A stretch of DNA of 64,000 nt from Octopus vulgaris (Eukaryota): NCBI GenBank assembly GCA_951406725.2, contig OX597823.1, positions 33,914,001 through 33,978,000 of the forward strand, given 5' to 3'. The notes below the pieces were generated by a model. That model saw only the letters and a program-made list of their open reading frames with translations. It had not been told where the DNA came from and did no database searches. Below, in pieces: positions 13,654 through 27,468 of this stretch (position 1 is the stretch's first letter; each line of letters begins with the position of its first letter). Both the position numbers and the translations under genes were made by a program.

Positions 13654-14304
13654 GTGCATATATGTGTGTCTAGATATAAATATAGATATAAATAAAATAA
13701 ATGATAAATAGTTCCTTTTAAGCCACTATAAATGTCTGCTCCTTGTCAGCCAATGAGAGTTGATGTATTTCTTGGTGTCATTTGTATGTAAGGAACCTAC
13801 TGTTGTTTTTTTTATTGATTTTAAGACCTGTATTTGTAAACTAAATTTTTGTCCCTTCCTTGTTCTTATCTATTCTTCATTGTCAGTTTCATAACACACC
13901 CACCTTATTTCTTTATATCGGTAACTTTGAGGCTAGCTTCACTGGCTTGGTAATCAACAAATCACTTAACAGGTCTATGTTCAACTCCACTTTAAATAAT
14001 GCCTGATGTGCACGATAATTACATAATGAATGTTATAGTCCTTAATATTGTATTATGCTTACATTAAGTAAAAATTCTTGGCAAAACAATTGTTGCAAAA
14101 TTTAAACCCATTTGAGTTTTATTATCATACTAGCACTATGCTGGGTCATAGTGCTAGTACATGCATATACAGCTGTGTGCATGCACACATACATGCAAGT
14201 ACTGTCCAAATCTCCAACCAATCACATACAGTTAGCTGCATTCAATTGGCGTATCAAGTTTCAGGCATTTTGATTGGGTTTTGGATAGAAAATTCACAAA
14301 AAAG

Positions 14305-14482
14305 TCACTTCTATTGATTTTTTAATGGCTTTGCGGGGTGACTGGGAAAATGTAAAGATGTGCACGACCACCCTTGGCTTGTTTTAAATGACCATAGAAA
14401 GTGTGAACCCTCTAACTGAAAAGTTGTGTATTTGTATAAAGGACACACACACAGACATTTTGCCGTTTATATCTATAGAGAT
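14305..14482 (-). mobile_element. possible non-autonomous Helitron-type element, 5' part
   Basis: Minus strand begins ATCTCTATAGATATAAACGGCAAAATGTCTGTGTGTG, resembling non-autonomous Helitron starts. 3' end not identified. Confidence 0.4.
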
Positions 14483-14938
14483 ATATTTGAAAATGCCAAA
14501 CAACAAGAATGAATGCTCAACACCATATTGGTGGAAAGAATTTCTTTATTTGTGTATTAAAGCTACCATTGGTTTCATGTTTAAAAAAACATCTTAATAC
14601 CTTAACAATTTTTCAAGCTGATCACATGGAGGAATGATGTTCATCTCCATTTAGGATGAAAACATATAGTTGATAAGGGAAACAGAAGATGGATATTGTA
14701 TGAATCATTATTCAGCACGACGATTGTTTGGATCCTTTTGTGTCTATATTATAGGGGTAGGATATTGTGCATTTGGTTGCATTGCATCAATCAGTGCAGG
14801 ATGTATCACTTTAGAATGCTTGGTGTAGGAAAATATCCCCCTGGATACACTGGGAGCCCCTTGGCATGTTGTTCTAGCCAGTTGTACATTGATACAATGG
14901 TACATCTACTACATATAAATGCATGTGTGTATATATAT

Positions 14939-15088
14939 ATCATCATTATCATCATCATACGTCCACTTTCCATGCTGGCATGGGTTGGACGGTTCGACTG
15001 AGGACTGGTGAGCCAGAGGCTGCACCAGGCTCCAATCTGATCTGGCAAAGTTTCTACAGCTGGATGCCCTTCCTAATGCCAACCACTC
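14939..15088 (-). mobile_element. RTE 3' tail (extreme 5' truncation)
   Basis: (ATC)n-CCATGCTGGCATGG-...GGATGCCCTTCCTAATGCCAACCAC, matching 4427-4580. Confidence 0.85.
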
Positions 15089-15149
15089 TTGTTGCTGATG
15101 TTGATGTACATGACTCAATAGGTCTCTTCAAGCAGATATAAAAGGCTGC

Positions 15150-15833
15150 TGCAGATGGTAATGAGGAAAGTGTAATTGCTAAGATAAGAATAGGATGGAG
15201 AAAGTTCAGAGGGTTTTTTCCTCTGTTGGTTATCAAAGGTTTCTCTCTCTCTCTGAGTTAAAGGGAAGATTGTATGAAGCGTGTGTATGAACTGCAACAA
15301 TGCTGCATAGTAGTGAGATGTGGGCCCCAAATGTAGGGGACATGTGAAGGCTGGAGAGGAACAAAGCTGATATACTCCACTGGATGTGTGATGTCAGTAT
15401 GCATGTGTGACAGAGCGCTGGTGTTTTGGGGGTAAAGTTGGGCAAAATGGAAATAGAGATACTGAGTGCAAGAGAGGAGGCTGCAGTGGTTTGGTCATGT
15501 GATGCAAATGGATGAGGACAATTGCATAAAGAAGAGCCAATCATTTAAAGTAGAAGGAATTTGTGGAAGAGGGAGACCTAGGAAGACATCCCAACAGAAA
15601 TGAGATCCTAAAACCAAAGTGCCACATAAAAAAGCTCTGGTGGTGGTACCATGCAAAAAGTACCCAGTACACTCTGTGGAGTGGTTGGCATCAGGAAGGG
15701 CATCCTGTCATAGAAACGAAGCCAATACAGACTATGGAATCTAGTGTGGCCTCTGGCCTTGCCAGTTCTAGTCAAACAATCCAACCCATGCTAGCATGAG
15801 AAACATACATTAAATGTTGATGATGATGATGAT
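15150..15833 (+). pseudogene. degenerate RTE C-terminus joined to RTE 3' tail
   Basis: KIRIGWRKFR, GRLYEACV, LQWFGH and RGRPRKT remnants. Tail ends CCATGCTAGCATG...(GAT)n. Confidence 0.75.
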
Positions 15834-16209
15834 ATATATATATATATCATCATCATCATCATATATATACATATATATGTATGTATGAGTGTATGTATGC
15901 AGGTATCAGTGAGAATGTGTATGTATGTATGTGTGAATGTGTGTGTGTGTGTGTGTGTGTGAAGTTGTGAAATCTACCCTGAGAGGTTCTGCGTCATTTC
16001 ATGACAGCCAAAACTTTTCAATTCACCAAAAATAAAACCGTGATGTCTTCTGACAGAGGAAGTTTCTTCAGACCAACATTATTGTATTATTATCATCTCA
16101 ACTAGGCAGACATCGAAAACAAAAAGTAGTGTAGTTGTGTGTGTGTGTATGTATATGTTGCATGCGAATAATTACACTTACATACGTTTTTATACACACA
16201 CACACACAC

Positions 16210-16245
<36 letters not shown>

Positions 16246-16312
16246 ACATATGTATATGTGTGTGTACACATCTCTCTCACTGTCTTTCTCTCTCTCTATC
16301 TCTCTCTCTCGC

Positions 16313-16368
<56 letters not shown>

Positions 16369-17195
16369 CACGTGTGTGTGTATATATACATATATATACA
16401 CACAAATATAAAAATATATATATTTATGTATGTATGTATATATATATATTTATACCCACACACATATATGCTTGAGTGTATATATATATGTGTATGCGCA
16501 CTCACATACATATACAGATGTTTGTGTGTAGTTTATGTTTACAGACACACCTTGAAGAATTATAGACAAAAAAAAGTAATGTGAGTCACGACGAACAATG
16601 ATTAGTTCCGTAAACAAAATATTATTTAGATGGTAAACTTTAAACTAAATGGAAGAGAGTAGGACACAGAATTCCATGGACAGCAGTTCTAATGCTACCG
16701 TACACTGCAGGAGAATTTGACAAATCTTCTCTCACCTGCTTTGCAGGATCAAATGGTAATGCACTTCCAAACTGAATATGGTAAACTTATCCTTCATACA
16801 CAGACTGAAATACTAGTAGTCACATGTTGTACCATCGCCATGTTCATAGCATGCATAGTAGATGCAGTAATTAAAGCAAAATGATATTTGGAGCACTAAC
16901 AGGAACTGTATTTGACCAACAGCCAATAAAAACAATACCATTGTCATCATTTTAACGTCCACTTTTCCATGCTTGCATGAGTCAGATGGAACTTTCTGTG
17001 GCATATTTTCTGTGATCTTCAGATGCTCTTCCTGTCAGCAACCTTTACCTGTTTCTAAGCAACATAATATTTACTTATAGCTAGATAGATATGTTTTTCA
17101 TGGGGAAAGTAGAAACAAGGTATGTAGCTTGTGTGACAATGATGCTTGCTTAGAATTGTTATGTGGCATTGAGACAAGGAAATACAAACATACAT

Positions 17196-17236
<41 letters not shown>

Positions 17237-17984
17237 GTCTATCTCTCTCACACATGTAGAGCTCAGAACACAACAACATTCAAGATACACAATTTCTTAT
17301 ATATATATCACTCATCATCATCATCGTTCAAAAGAACACAGTAATAACTGAAACAACAACAATAACCTCAGAACTCGGATCCACATCACCAGCAGTGAGT
17401 AGAAAGGAATAGCAACTGTCACATTCTGACTAAGTCCACCTTGCCTACCAGTACAATGGCTGTTGCTAGGATCTATAGATGTACAAGGGATAGACTGGAC
17501 AGTGGAGAGTATGCAATGAGTTCAGATTGCACCCCCATACATTTTGTGACTGCATGTCAAAATGTGCAGAATCTTTTGGAGTGTGGGAATCGACTGGACC
17601 GTGACGAAAGTGTCACACGTGCCAGCTGTTACTTGGCATCCATTATGCACCACCACTGCATGTCAGAGGGGTGTGTATAGTGAGGTTCTGGACAAAGCAG
17701 AAACTGGGTTTAACTGGGAAGGTAGTTGTGTGGGTTACGTCTACTGGCTGGACTGTTTAACGACCTGGCTGTTGATTAAGGACTGATGGCAGCTATACAA
17801 CAACAGCAACAATACCAAACTACTAAATGCCAAACCTACAACAACACACAACACATCACCATACACCACACCTACACTACACCATACACTATTAGTAAAC
17901 CAACATACACCACTCTACACTATCCAAAACTACATCACATGCTACAATAACACTCTGTCATACACCTCACCCTGTATTCAACTC

Positions 17985-18270
17985 ATGATCAAAAGTTCAT
18001 AAGTTCAATCCTCAGCAGTGTGGTGTGTTCTTCAGCAAGACACTTTATTTCACATTGCTTCAGTCCACTCACCTGGCAAAAATGAGTTGCCCCTGAAATT
18101 CAAAGGGTTAGCCTTGTTACATTCTGTATCTCATTGAATCTCCCTGAGAACTACATTAAAAGTGAACGTGTCTGTGGAGTACTCAGCCACTTGCATGTTA
18201 ATTTCACAATTAGGTTGTTCCATTAATTGAATCAACCAGAACACTTGCTGTCATAACCAATGGAGTGTCC
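17985..18270 (+). mobile_element. chimeric SINE: family B core joined to family C 3' tail
   Basis: 18015-18090 matches the family B core. 18100-18270 matches 28790-28960. Confidence 0.7.
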
Positions 18271-18698
18271 AGCCATGCCCCCTCACCACCACCACTACTG
18301 TACCATATACTGCACCAACACTACACTACCCTACATCGCACCACCATTACCTTGTTACCAATCTATACCAAAAAATCTGTACAAACGATTCTGTTACTTT
18401 GTCTCATTATCCTCCATTGCCTCCCAAATGAGAAAATTATCAAATCTGTCACAATTTTCCATTAAACTCACCAAATATTCTTCATAATTCTAGATTCCTT
18501 TAGCAAATCATTATTTTCTTAATTCTTACTTAATGAGCCTGACACCACACTAATAAGCCTCTTAATTCTTCTTCACATCTTTTCTTCCTCCAGCTGCCAA
18601 TAACATGCACACAATTGTACAAATTAGTGACAGGTCTTTATTTCTTGAATTTATTTCCTTTTCAGAGGTCTTACATATCTATTAAGATCTGTTTTTCA

Positions 18699-18745
<47 letters not shown>

Positions 18746-19703
18746 TATATATTTGTTGTTCTAAGTATTATGCTGTTTTCTTTCATTAGATGTATATTAT
18801 TCTGTATCATGTAATACACATTTATCACATAGCGTTATTCTAATATTTACTCATTAGATCCATATCATATATCAAATTTATCAAATATATTTTGTCACGT
18901 ATTCCCAATAGGTGCACTTTGTGTTTTGTGTAATTATGTTTTATCATATACACAAGATATCATCTCATCAGATATTTCCTTTAAATATGTTTATGTACAC
19001 ATAATGTTATCTGTTTATGTTATTTTGTCATGTATAGGAATGGGCTCCCACTGTATAATTTTCTTATTATCATTTCTATATGCATAAAATAAACACGTAA
19101 ACACACACACACACAGATATATATATATAATTAAATTTAACGTGTGGCTCTGTTGACTAATTATATTGAGGATCCACTGATAGCATCATACCACAGCATG
19201 AGTTTGATGTAGTTTTAATTCAGACTCCAAACATCTCTGGTAATTTGCTGCGCATTAGTTCATCTACTTACACGCCTGTATGAACAAACACACACACACA
19301 ATAACTTTATATAAGATATCTTTTATCATGTATAGTTATATTTCCTCCTTAGGTGTATACCACCATATATCATATATTTTATCTCAGCCACACAATTGTT
19401 CACAATAATGCCGCGAGTATTTCGGATTGCTTCAATTGATAAAAATTCTACAAGTTTTTTTTTACTTTGATTTTTTTGTTCTTATTGCTTCCACAACACA
19501 GACTGTTGTTGATTTCATAAATGCATGTGTGTATAGATATGCGTTTATATAATGAAAATAATCTACAAATGTTTTTCAAGGCATGTGTTTTACAAATATA
19601 TCAATCTTTGATTATACACAATACACAACACAATACTGTATCCTCTATATACATTTATCACACTGTGATATCTTTCCATAAGGTGTGATTATGTGTTACA
19701 CAT

Positions 19704-19758
<55 letters not shown>

Positions 19759-19774
19759 TACATACATATATATA

Positions 19775-19832
<58 letters not shown>

Positions 19833-20062
19833 ATATACCTATATACATATGTATGTATATATGTTTAGGTATTAACCATGGGAGTTGTGCAGTATATTAA
19901 AAAAACATGTTTTGCATTGTGCAAATATTATCTGATGTAGAACTCAATACTTTCCATAGAAAGGACGGATGTGTTTAGATTTCAGAAATTAACAGTCTAC
20001 TCTGAGTTTCAGCCCAGCTGGAGAAAACCTCAAAGTAGACTATCAACTTTTGATACACACAC

Positions 20063-20268
20063 ATCATCATCATCATCGTTTAACATCCATTTTCCAGGCT
20101 AGCATGGATTGAATGGTTTGACAGGAGCTGACAGGGCTGTTCAGGTCCATGTCTGTTTTGGCCCAGTTTCTACACCTGGTTGCCCTTCCTAACACCAACC
20201 ACTTTACAGTGTACAGACTGCTTTTTATGTAGCACCAGCATGAGTGCTTTTTACATGCCACCAGCACC
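20063..20268 (-). mobile_element. RTE 3' tail
   Basis: (ATC)n plus tail homology, with two short GCTTTTTA..GC-ACCAGCA units. Confidence 0.8.
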
Positions 20269-20439
20269 TAAATATATCATTATCATTCAGCATCATTTTT
20301 GTCCATTCTGGAATGGAAAAAAGGACTTTAAATGATGATGATATAAACATACTTGTATATTCGCTTCCCTTTTTTGAATTTGAATAAACTCTGATAGGCC
20401 ACCTTCTTCATAGCAAGGTTGTGAAGGAAAGTATCTTGT

Positions 20440-20975
20440 TTTAAACCTTCATTTTTTTAAATTTTAAGATCTTCCACATTTTTAGAGTCCCAGATATCAT
20501 GACCATTTGTAGTGTATGAATGTACCCTGTTGCTCCAATAATAATCGATATGAAGCTGGAAGCATGCCTTGGTTACTGGATTTACTAAATCCTTATTAAT
20601 GATACATACCAATCTGTCTGTAGCAAAGTATGGCTGAACTTGGGATTTCAGGGAGAGAACACAAACCCTTAATTTAGATGCTACAAATGATCATGATATC
20701 TGAGACTCTAAAAATCTTAAGATGTAAAGGATGACAGTTAAAATGAGATATTTTCCTTTGCAACCTTTCAACCAAGTGAGTAGACAATCAAAATTTATAG
20801 ATGTCCTCTTTCTCTTGTATTTTTTTAAACACATTAGTTTCCAGAGGGCAACAGACTTTCACAACAGAATATATCTTTTTCTTGTGGTTCCACACAACAA
20901 TATCTGGTTGGGTTGTGTTTCTAACTTGGTGGCTGTTTTAATGCCTAAATTCCACCAAATATTCTTTTGATCCTT
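20440..20975 (-). pseudogene. degenerate R4/Dong-type restriction-like endonuclease C-terminus
   Basis: With frameshifts, reads WWNLGIKTATKL, PDIVVWNHKKKIYSVVKVCCPLETNV, EKEDIY and IIIGATGYI. Confidence 0.6.
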
Positions 20976-21189
20976 CAGTCTCAATATGGTCGACATTTGT
21001 AGGTGTTTTCTTTTTTATCCTGTATGTATGTATGCATGTATCTATGTGTGTATGTAAGCGTGTTTGTATGTATGTGTATATGTATGTGTCTACACTACTG
21101 TTTCATTACTTACACTACATCCTTATAATTATAATGTTCATTAGCCATTCATTACCCACTCTATAACACAGTAACCTAAGAAGCATGTC

Positions 21190-21720
21190 TATGATCTGGT
21201 TCAGTCACATGAATTTGCAGTCATCTGTTGGGTGTTGTTTAGGATATTGTTGTGTCTGATTACATGATATGATTGAAGAATTTTGTGCAGCAATAGGAAA
21301 CTTTTGTATTGTTTCTGGTCCAACTCACCTTCCATTCTAAATGTGACAACAAATGTAGCATTTACCTTCCTAGCACTAATTTGCAAACACTTCCCACCAG
21401 AACATAATTGTCACAAACTGTTCACCTGAAACAATGCTTAGAAACAGATGTAGTCTACAAAAAGTGACTGTATCACAAGATGGACAAACTGAAAAAAATC
21501 TGCATTGACTATTACTCACGAAACCTACAAATACAGATGCACACATTCTGGAATATAAACAAAATAAAAGCATCCTGGTATGAACGCACCTGTGAATTAA
21601 GGGAAAACAATATAAGTACAAATATAAAATGGAAGAGTCTTTGCAGAATCACACATAAATGATAATGGAATCTGCACTTGTGCACCTTACAAAAATACAG
21701 CATAATCACATGAAACATGT
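21190..21720. pseudogene. degenerate Penelope-like ORF remnant (linker and GIY-YIG region), partly inverted
   Basis: Plus strand 21385-21720 gives QCLETDVVY..VTVSQ and ELRENNISTNIKWK. Minus strand 21190-21385 gives IRHNNIL..SCD. Confidence 0.45.
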
Positions 21721-21764
21721 TTTTAATTTTGAAATGTTTTTGTTGAGCATAAATTAGCAGTTTT

Positions 21765-22110
21765 ATGGAAAGGTAATTGGTCAGTTACATCATGCCAGAA
21801 CTTCACTGGTTCCTTGAAAGGATGAAAGGCAAAGTTGACCTTGGTTGGATTTGAACTCAGGGTATATATAACCAAAGAAATGTTGCTAAGCCTTTTATCC
21901 AATGTGCTAACAATTTTACCAGTTTAATAATAATCAATTCTGCAATAGGTAATAGGTACAAGGCCTGAAATTTGGGGGGAGGGGACTAGTCAATTACATC
22001 AACCCCAGTGTTTCATTGGCACTTAGTTTATCAACCCCAAAAGGATGAAAGGCAAACTTGACCTTGACAGAATTTGAACTCAGAATGTAGCAACGGGCAA
22101 AATACTGCCA
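21765..22110 (-). mobile_element. two tandem Nin-domain SINEs (family D)
   Basis: Reverse complement of GACTTTGCCTTTCATCCTTT..GGGGTCGATAAA..AAGTACCAG occurs twice. Confidence 0.75.
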
Positions 22111-22611
22111 AGGTTAATAACAATAACAACAAATAAAGAGGAGAGAGAGTGAGTGAGAAATTGAGAAGGAGAGAGGGAGAGAGAGGGAGGGGTTTAATGA
22201 GAAGGTTCCCCCATGTCATATAGCTCTCCTCCCCACCAGGTATGGGTTATTTATCCTGCAGAAGGAGGAATACAATGAGATGATGTGACTTCCTCATTAG
22301 ATACAAGCAAATTTGTCAAAAGATTTTTTAAAAAAGCAGAAAAAGTGAAAGATCATTTCTTTACAATTTCAACTTAAACAAATTGTTTTGAAGTTATTTT
22401 CTGTTTTATCATTCGATTGTTGTTGTGACACAAGCAATGGAGACAGTTGTGATTTGGTTGTAGTCAGCAAGCCAACACACTCTTCTCAGAGCTTCTGACA
22501 GAATGCCTTGTGGTATTTATTTCAGCCATCTGCATTCTGAGTTCAAATCCTACCCACTTCAACTTCATCTTTCAACCTTTTACTGTTGTTCAGTCATGTA
22601 CAGGAGTTAAT

Positions 22612-22642
<31 letters not shown>

Positions 22643-23067
22643 GGTGGGTGTGGTGTGGTAGTATGCTGGTAAATCTATGGTATTGGTTGTGATGGTATGG
22701 ATGTGGTGGTGTGCCAGTGGTTGTAGTGGTGGTTGCAGCTGAACAGGTTGCAAATTACATCACAAGTAGCAGCAGTAGTGGTGGAGGTGGTGTTGGTGGT
22801 GGTGGAGGAGGCAGTAGTTGTAGTGAAGCAATTATTTTCTTTTCATTCTTTTTCTCTTTCATTTATATTTTTTTTTTTTCTATTTATTTAATTTTTATTC
22901 ATTTCTTTCCCTTCTTTTCTTTACATATTTACTCTCCATTTATATTTTCCCTTCAGTGAATAGAAACATGGAGTAAAGCCGGTCAGATCAGTTAACACAC
23001 GTGCACAAACACACACCCACACACACACAGAGGCATGCATATGCGCATGTGTGTGTGTGTGTGTATA

Positions 23068-23128
<61 letters not shown>

Positions 23129-23461
23129 GTATCAAAATTTTTAATGATATTGGGTCGATAATTGATGAGGGATTGAGCACATCCATGTCTGTTGTCTGTG
23201 CTTTTACTTCTTTTTCCATATATTCTTTTGTTGTCCCTCTGTGCCACATTTTTCATTATATCTATATACATATGTACATATATATATATGTGTGTGTGTG
23301 CATATATGTATGCTTTTCTCTCTCTCCCTCCCTATATATATATACATATATATATGTATGTATGTATGTATAATAACTTTTAGATAGATATTGATATAGA
23401 TATTAGGTATATACATACATATATCTACACATAAACATATTTACATGTTTATGTTTTTATA

Positions 23462-23532
<71 letters not shown>

Positions 23533-23552
23533 ACATATATATATATATATAT

Positions 23553-24433
23553 ATACAAGATAAGAAAATGGAGAAATACATCTAAATCAAATATCAATTA
23601 CCAGATAATACTCAATCACATACTTTATTAAACCACCACTTAAGAGACTGTAGGGTTAAACATAAAAAAGCAGAACAAATCAGTGTACATAAAGGAATGT
23701 ACATAAAAAAGTGTACATAAAAGAGTAATGTTGTATAATAAGTAGAATATATATAAAAAAGAGAATATAAATATAAGTATAGATTACATCTTACAGCTGT
23801 TTCGGCCATGTAGATAAGTATGTCTCATTTTACCAATATTAGCCTTATATGGTAGGTCAATATATAGATATAAATGAGACATTTACAAAAATATCATAAG
23901 GCCTCTTCGGAGATATACATATACATATGAGTGCATATACTCACACTCCTATACATATAAAAATATACATATACATAATGATGTAAATAAATAATATAAA
24001 TTAGTAAACATATGTATAAACATATATATAAACATATAAATTAGTAAACATATATATGTTCCACATTCAATGTTTCAGTTTTCAACTTAATATTTTATGT
24101 ACACTTTTTTATGTACATTCCTTTATGTACACTGATTTGTTCTGCTTTTTTATGTTTAACCCTACAGTCTCTTATATGGTGGTTTAATAAAGTATGTGAT
24201 TGAGTATTATCTGATAATTGATATTTGATTTAGATGTATTTCTCTATTTTCTTATCTTGTATTAGTAATTTGTGGTAAATCATTTTACCTTTGCGCATAT
24301 AATACAGTAAATGAATTGATTGCATCGCAATCCTTAACATTTATGTATTAACTTTGTTGGGTACTTCACTAGCAGTATATTGGATATATGTTATCCCATG
24401 GAGGGTTGCATTTACAACCCCTATCTCAATTTG
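23553..24433. mobile_element. non-coding Penelope-like element (family P2) with 170-bp inverted arms, in (TA)n
   Basis: 23553-23722 is the reverse complement of 24093-24262 (about 4 mismatches by eye). Hammerhead lies between the arms. TA runs on both sides. Confidence 0.75.
23785..23917 (-). ncRNA. minimal type-I hammerhead ribozyme (CCGAAGA core variant)
   Basis: UAUAUCU-CCGAAGA-GGCC[long loop with AUGUCUCAUUU/AAAUGAGACAU stem]GGCC-GAAA-CAGCUG-UA-AGAUGUA. Confidence 0.72.
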
Positions 24434-24472
<39 letters not shown>

Positions 24473-26768
24473 GTATGTATATAAATATATATATATATAT
24501 ATACATATTTGTGTGTATGTGTATATATCTGTATATATATGCACACACATATGTTTGTGTGTGTGTGTGTGTGTATGTGTGTGTAAAACTAATCTGATTA
24601 GCTTTACTGCCTATATTTCTATTCATTAAAAAGAACAGAGACTTATTTATCAAAATAAGAATCCGAAAGTAAAAGGTTTACCAGTGTTTTAAAATCTGAA
24701 GATCAGAAGTGGGTGGTATTCAGAAGAGATGTTCAGAAGAGGTATTCTGAAGTTTCAAGGCTGTGTACAAGACAATACTGAGATGTTGGAGAAAAGTATA
24801 CAGAGAACAACAATCCACATGCTCTCACTGAGGCCAAGTGAAAGAAATATTACCATGCTATTATGCGAATTAGTTGAATGAGGAGAATATATGACAGACA
24901 GAGAGCCCTCCCTAAGGAGACCCACCAGAGGATCCTGCCATTGTAGTTACCATTATAGTTTGACAGCAAATGTTATGAAGCTGTAACTTTTCAGCCATAG
25001 CAGATTCACTTCAATTCAATTACATCTGCTATGATTTCAGGAAAGGCATGAATGCCACAGCTTCCGTTCTGATTACTCTAGATACAGTATGTCACAAGTT
25101 TATCTGGAAATAGCAACAGAGAAACCAGTTTGATAGAGTTATAACAAATTATGTGCATCAACAGATATGTAAATTATACTAGATTTGGCTCAGTGGTTAG
25201 TCAGCACATTTCGTGTCTAGAATCTGTTGCAAGTTCAGAATTTTATGTTCTGTGGTTCAATTCCTACCTGATTCTCATTCCTTTGATATGTACAAAATAT
25301 ATACTAGATGAACCGAAGTGGAGGGTTGTATGTTAACTGTTGGTTAAAAGCCATGAGTTTGGAGGCTGTCTTTACTGTTTTCTTTAATGAAGAACAAATG
25401 CCTCATCCTAGCTTGATTTACCTTGCATCAATTTAGTACCATAAGAACTACATGAAGCCTTTGTTAACAAACAGAAAATATTGTTATATTATTTCTAACA
25501 TAAGCACATACTGAGAAATTAGTCAAGAAATTATATTATTCAATTATATTATATAATTAAACTGGTACTTTATTGTATTAATCCTGAAAGGATGAAATAC
25601 AAAATTGGTCTTCATGGGATTTAAACTCAGAGTTGTCACATAATATTCCATGGTATTTTGTGTGATATTCTAACAATTCCACCTGATCATAGTGTATAGC
25701 AGTTGGTCGGCCTTGGTTGGACAGACATGGCCTTCCATCCATAGCCATACCATAACTTTCTATATCATTGTCCACTGTCATTTTTTTTTATCATAGTGTG
25801 GGTTGAGGGAGACTTGGCTGCTATTTCTAGCAGGTTATGTGGCTGCCAAGAGATTCCTACATTAAATAATACTTTGGAGAGTATAACAGGGCTCATGGAT
25901 TTATAGGGTGAGAGAGACAGAGAGCAGAGGACAAAGGTGTGACATGAAATATATAGATTGTCGGGCCTCTGTTGGTCAACGTTAACTGTGCATCTGCATA
26001 TGACCTGTACATGCATTCATCTGCACATGTATGTGCAGGTCAGGTCAAGATTTTGTGAGGAAAAACTAACAGCTGCCCAAGCATGCAAGTCTCCTTTTTC
26101 CATGTCACAGATGTTTATCCAAGGGTTAGGCTGATAATTTGAACCAAAACAGCTTAGCACCTGTGCTGTTATAGGTATTGCTCTCAGAATGCAAAAACAT
26201 AGAATGGACTCAACGCCACTTCACCAGACTGACATTTCTGCCAGTGATGCTTTCTCATTGCTCCTGGTTGGAAGAACATTAAAACTGATTAGAGTGGAAT
26301 TTGAACTTGAAGTGCAGAGAGAAAAAATATACACATGTACAAAGGTGGACTACCATGTGGAAAACTCACAAAATTACCACCAACAAAAAATTATATAGAA
26401 TTGGAGAGTGAAGTCCTGAAGGGAAGGATTTTCCAGTGTCATTATTTTAAGTCATCTAACCATTTTAATTAACTTCACACAATAAACAATATACTCATTC
26501 CATTATTCTGTGATCAGGTATTTTTGTGTTGACTATGTTTTGCTGAAGAGGTTGAATAAGACTGGAACATATGTGCATTTGTTGTCATAGCTACCTGACA
26601 TCAGACTCACTTCCACTTCCTTGCACAATTCACAATTTAGTTGTCTGAATAATTTTCATTAACTGTAACAAATTTTCATTGCTGTTGGACAGTTTTAACT
26701 GACCAGAAATTGCTTTTTAGCTCAACATATTTAGTATAATAGCCTTACTCTCTCTGTCTAACTCTCTA

Positions 26769-26809
<41 letters not shown>

Positions 26810-26849
26810 TTTTATGCTTAAGGCATCCCTGAGATGCACATATATATAT

Positions 26850-26895
<46 letters not shown>

Positions 26896-27048
26896 TAAAT
26901 ATAAGAGAGTGGTCACTATATTGCTCACTCTAGCACCAGTTAATCCAAAAGGTTTCAACCACGAAAATACATGTTTCCCATGAAAGCCAGTACGACTGTT
27001 AGCTCACACGGACAGGGCAAATAAAAAATAACAAAAATACAGATTATT

Positions 27049-27124
27049 TTGGGACAATTGTTTCGCTATTAATGAATTAAATGTAATATTACTTACAAAA
27101 ATCCATTTGTAGCTCGTCAGCCAA
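27049..27124 (-). ncRNA. type-I hammerhead ribozyme (inverted copy)
   Basis: Exact reverse complement of 27393-27468. Confidence 0.82.
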
Positions 27125-27392
27125 GACTATCTGGATGAAATCCAAGCACTAGGCCACTTGGTGTGGAATAAATATACTATTAAATTAGTATCTAATTCTC
27201 TCACCCTTATTAATTAATTATAATTATGCTGCATTTATTTCTAAATGCTGTATTTGTTTTCCGTGAGAGTTTGGCGCGCTGTTGGTTGGGGCATTTGAAT
27301 TATAACGTCGGATGTAATCAATTGAACCACACGCGTATTTATCGTTATGGTAAAATCTGGCGTGTGATTGAGTGGATTTCATCCAGATAGTC

Positions 27393-27468
27393 TTGGCTGA
27401 CGAGCTACAAATGGATTTTTGTAAGTAATATTACATTTAATTCATTAATAGCGAAACAATTGTCCCAA
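27393..27468 (+). ncRNA. type-I hammerhead ribozyme
   Basis: UUGG-CUGACGA-GCUA...UAGC-GAAA-CAAUUG-UC-CCAA. Full catalytic core. Predicted cleavage after 27464. Confidence 0.85.

Noticed and set aside
16736-16804. Possible minus-strand exon bounded by TTTCAG and GTGAG
   Set aside because: Weak polypyrimidine tract and unrecognised peptide. Such sites are expected by chance in 64 kb.
17441-17786. Cys/His-containing ORFs in a more GC-rich patch
   Set aside because: No recognisable domain. Probably a decayed LINE C-terminus, but this cannot be supported by eye.
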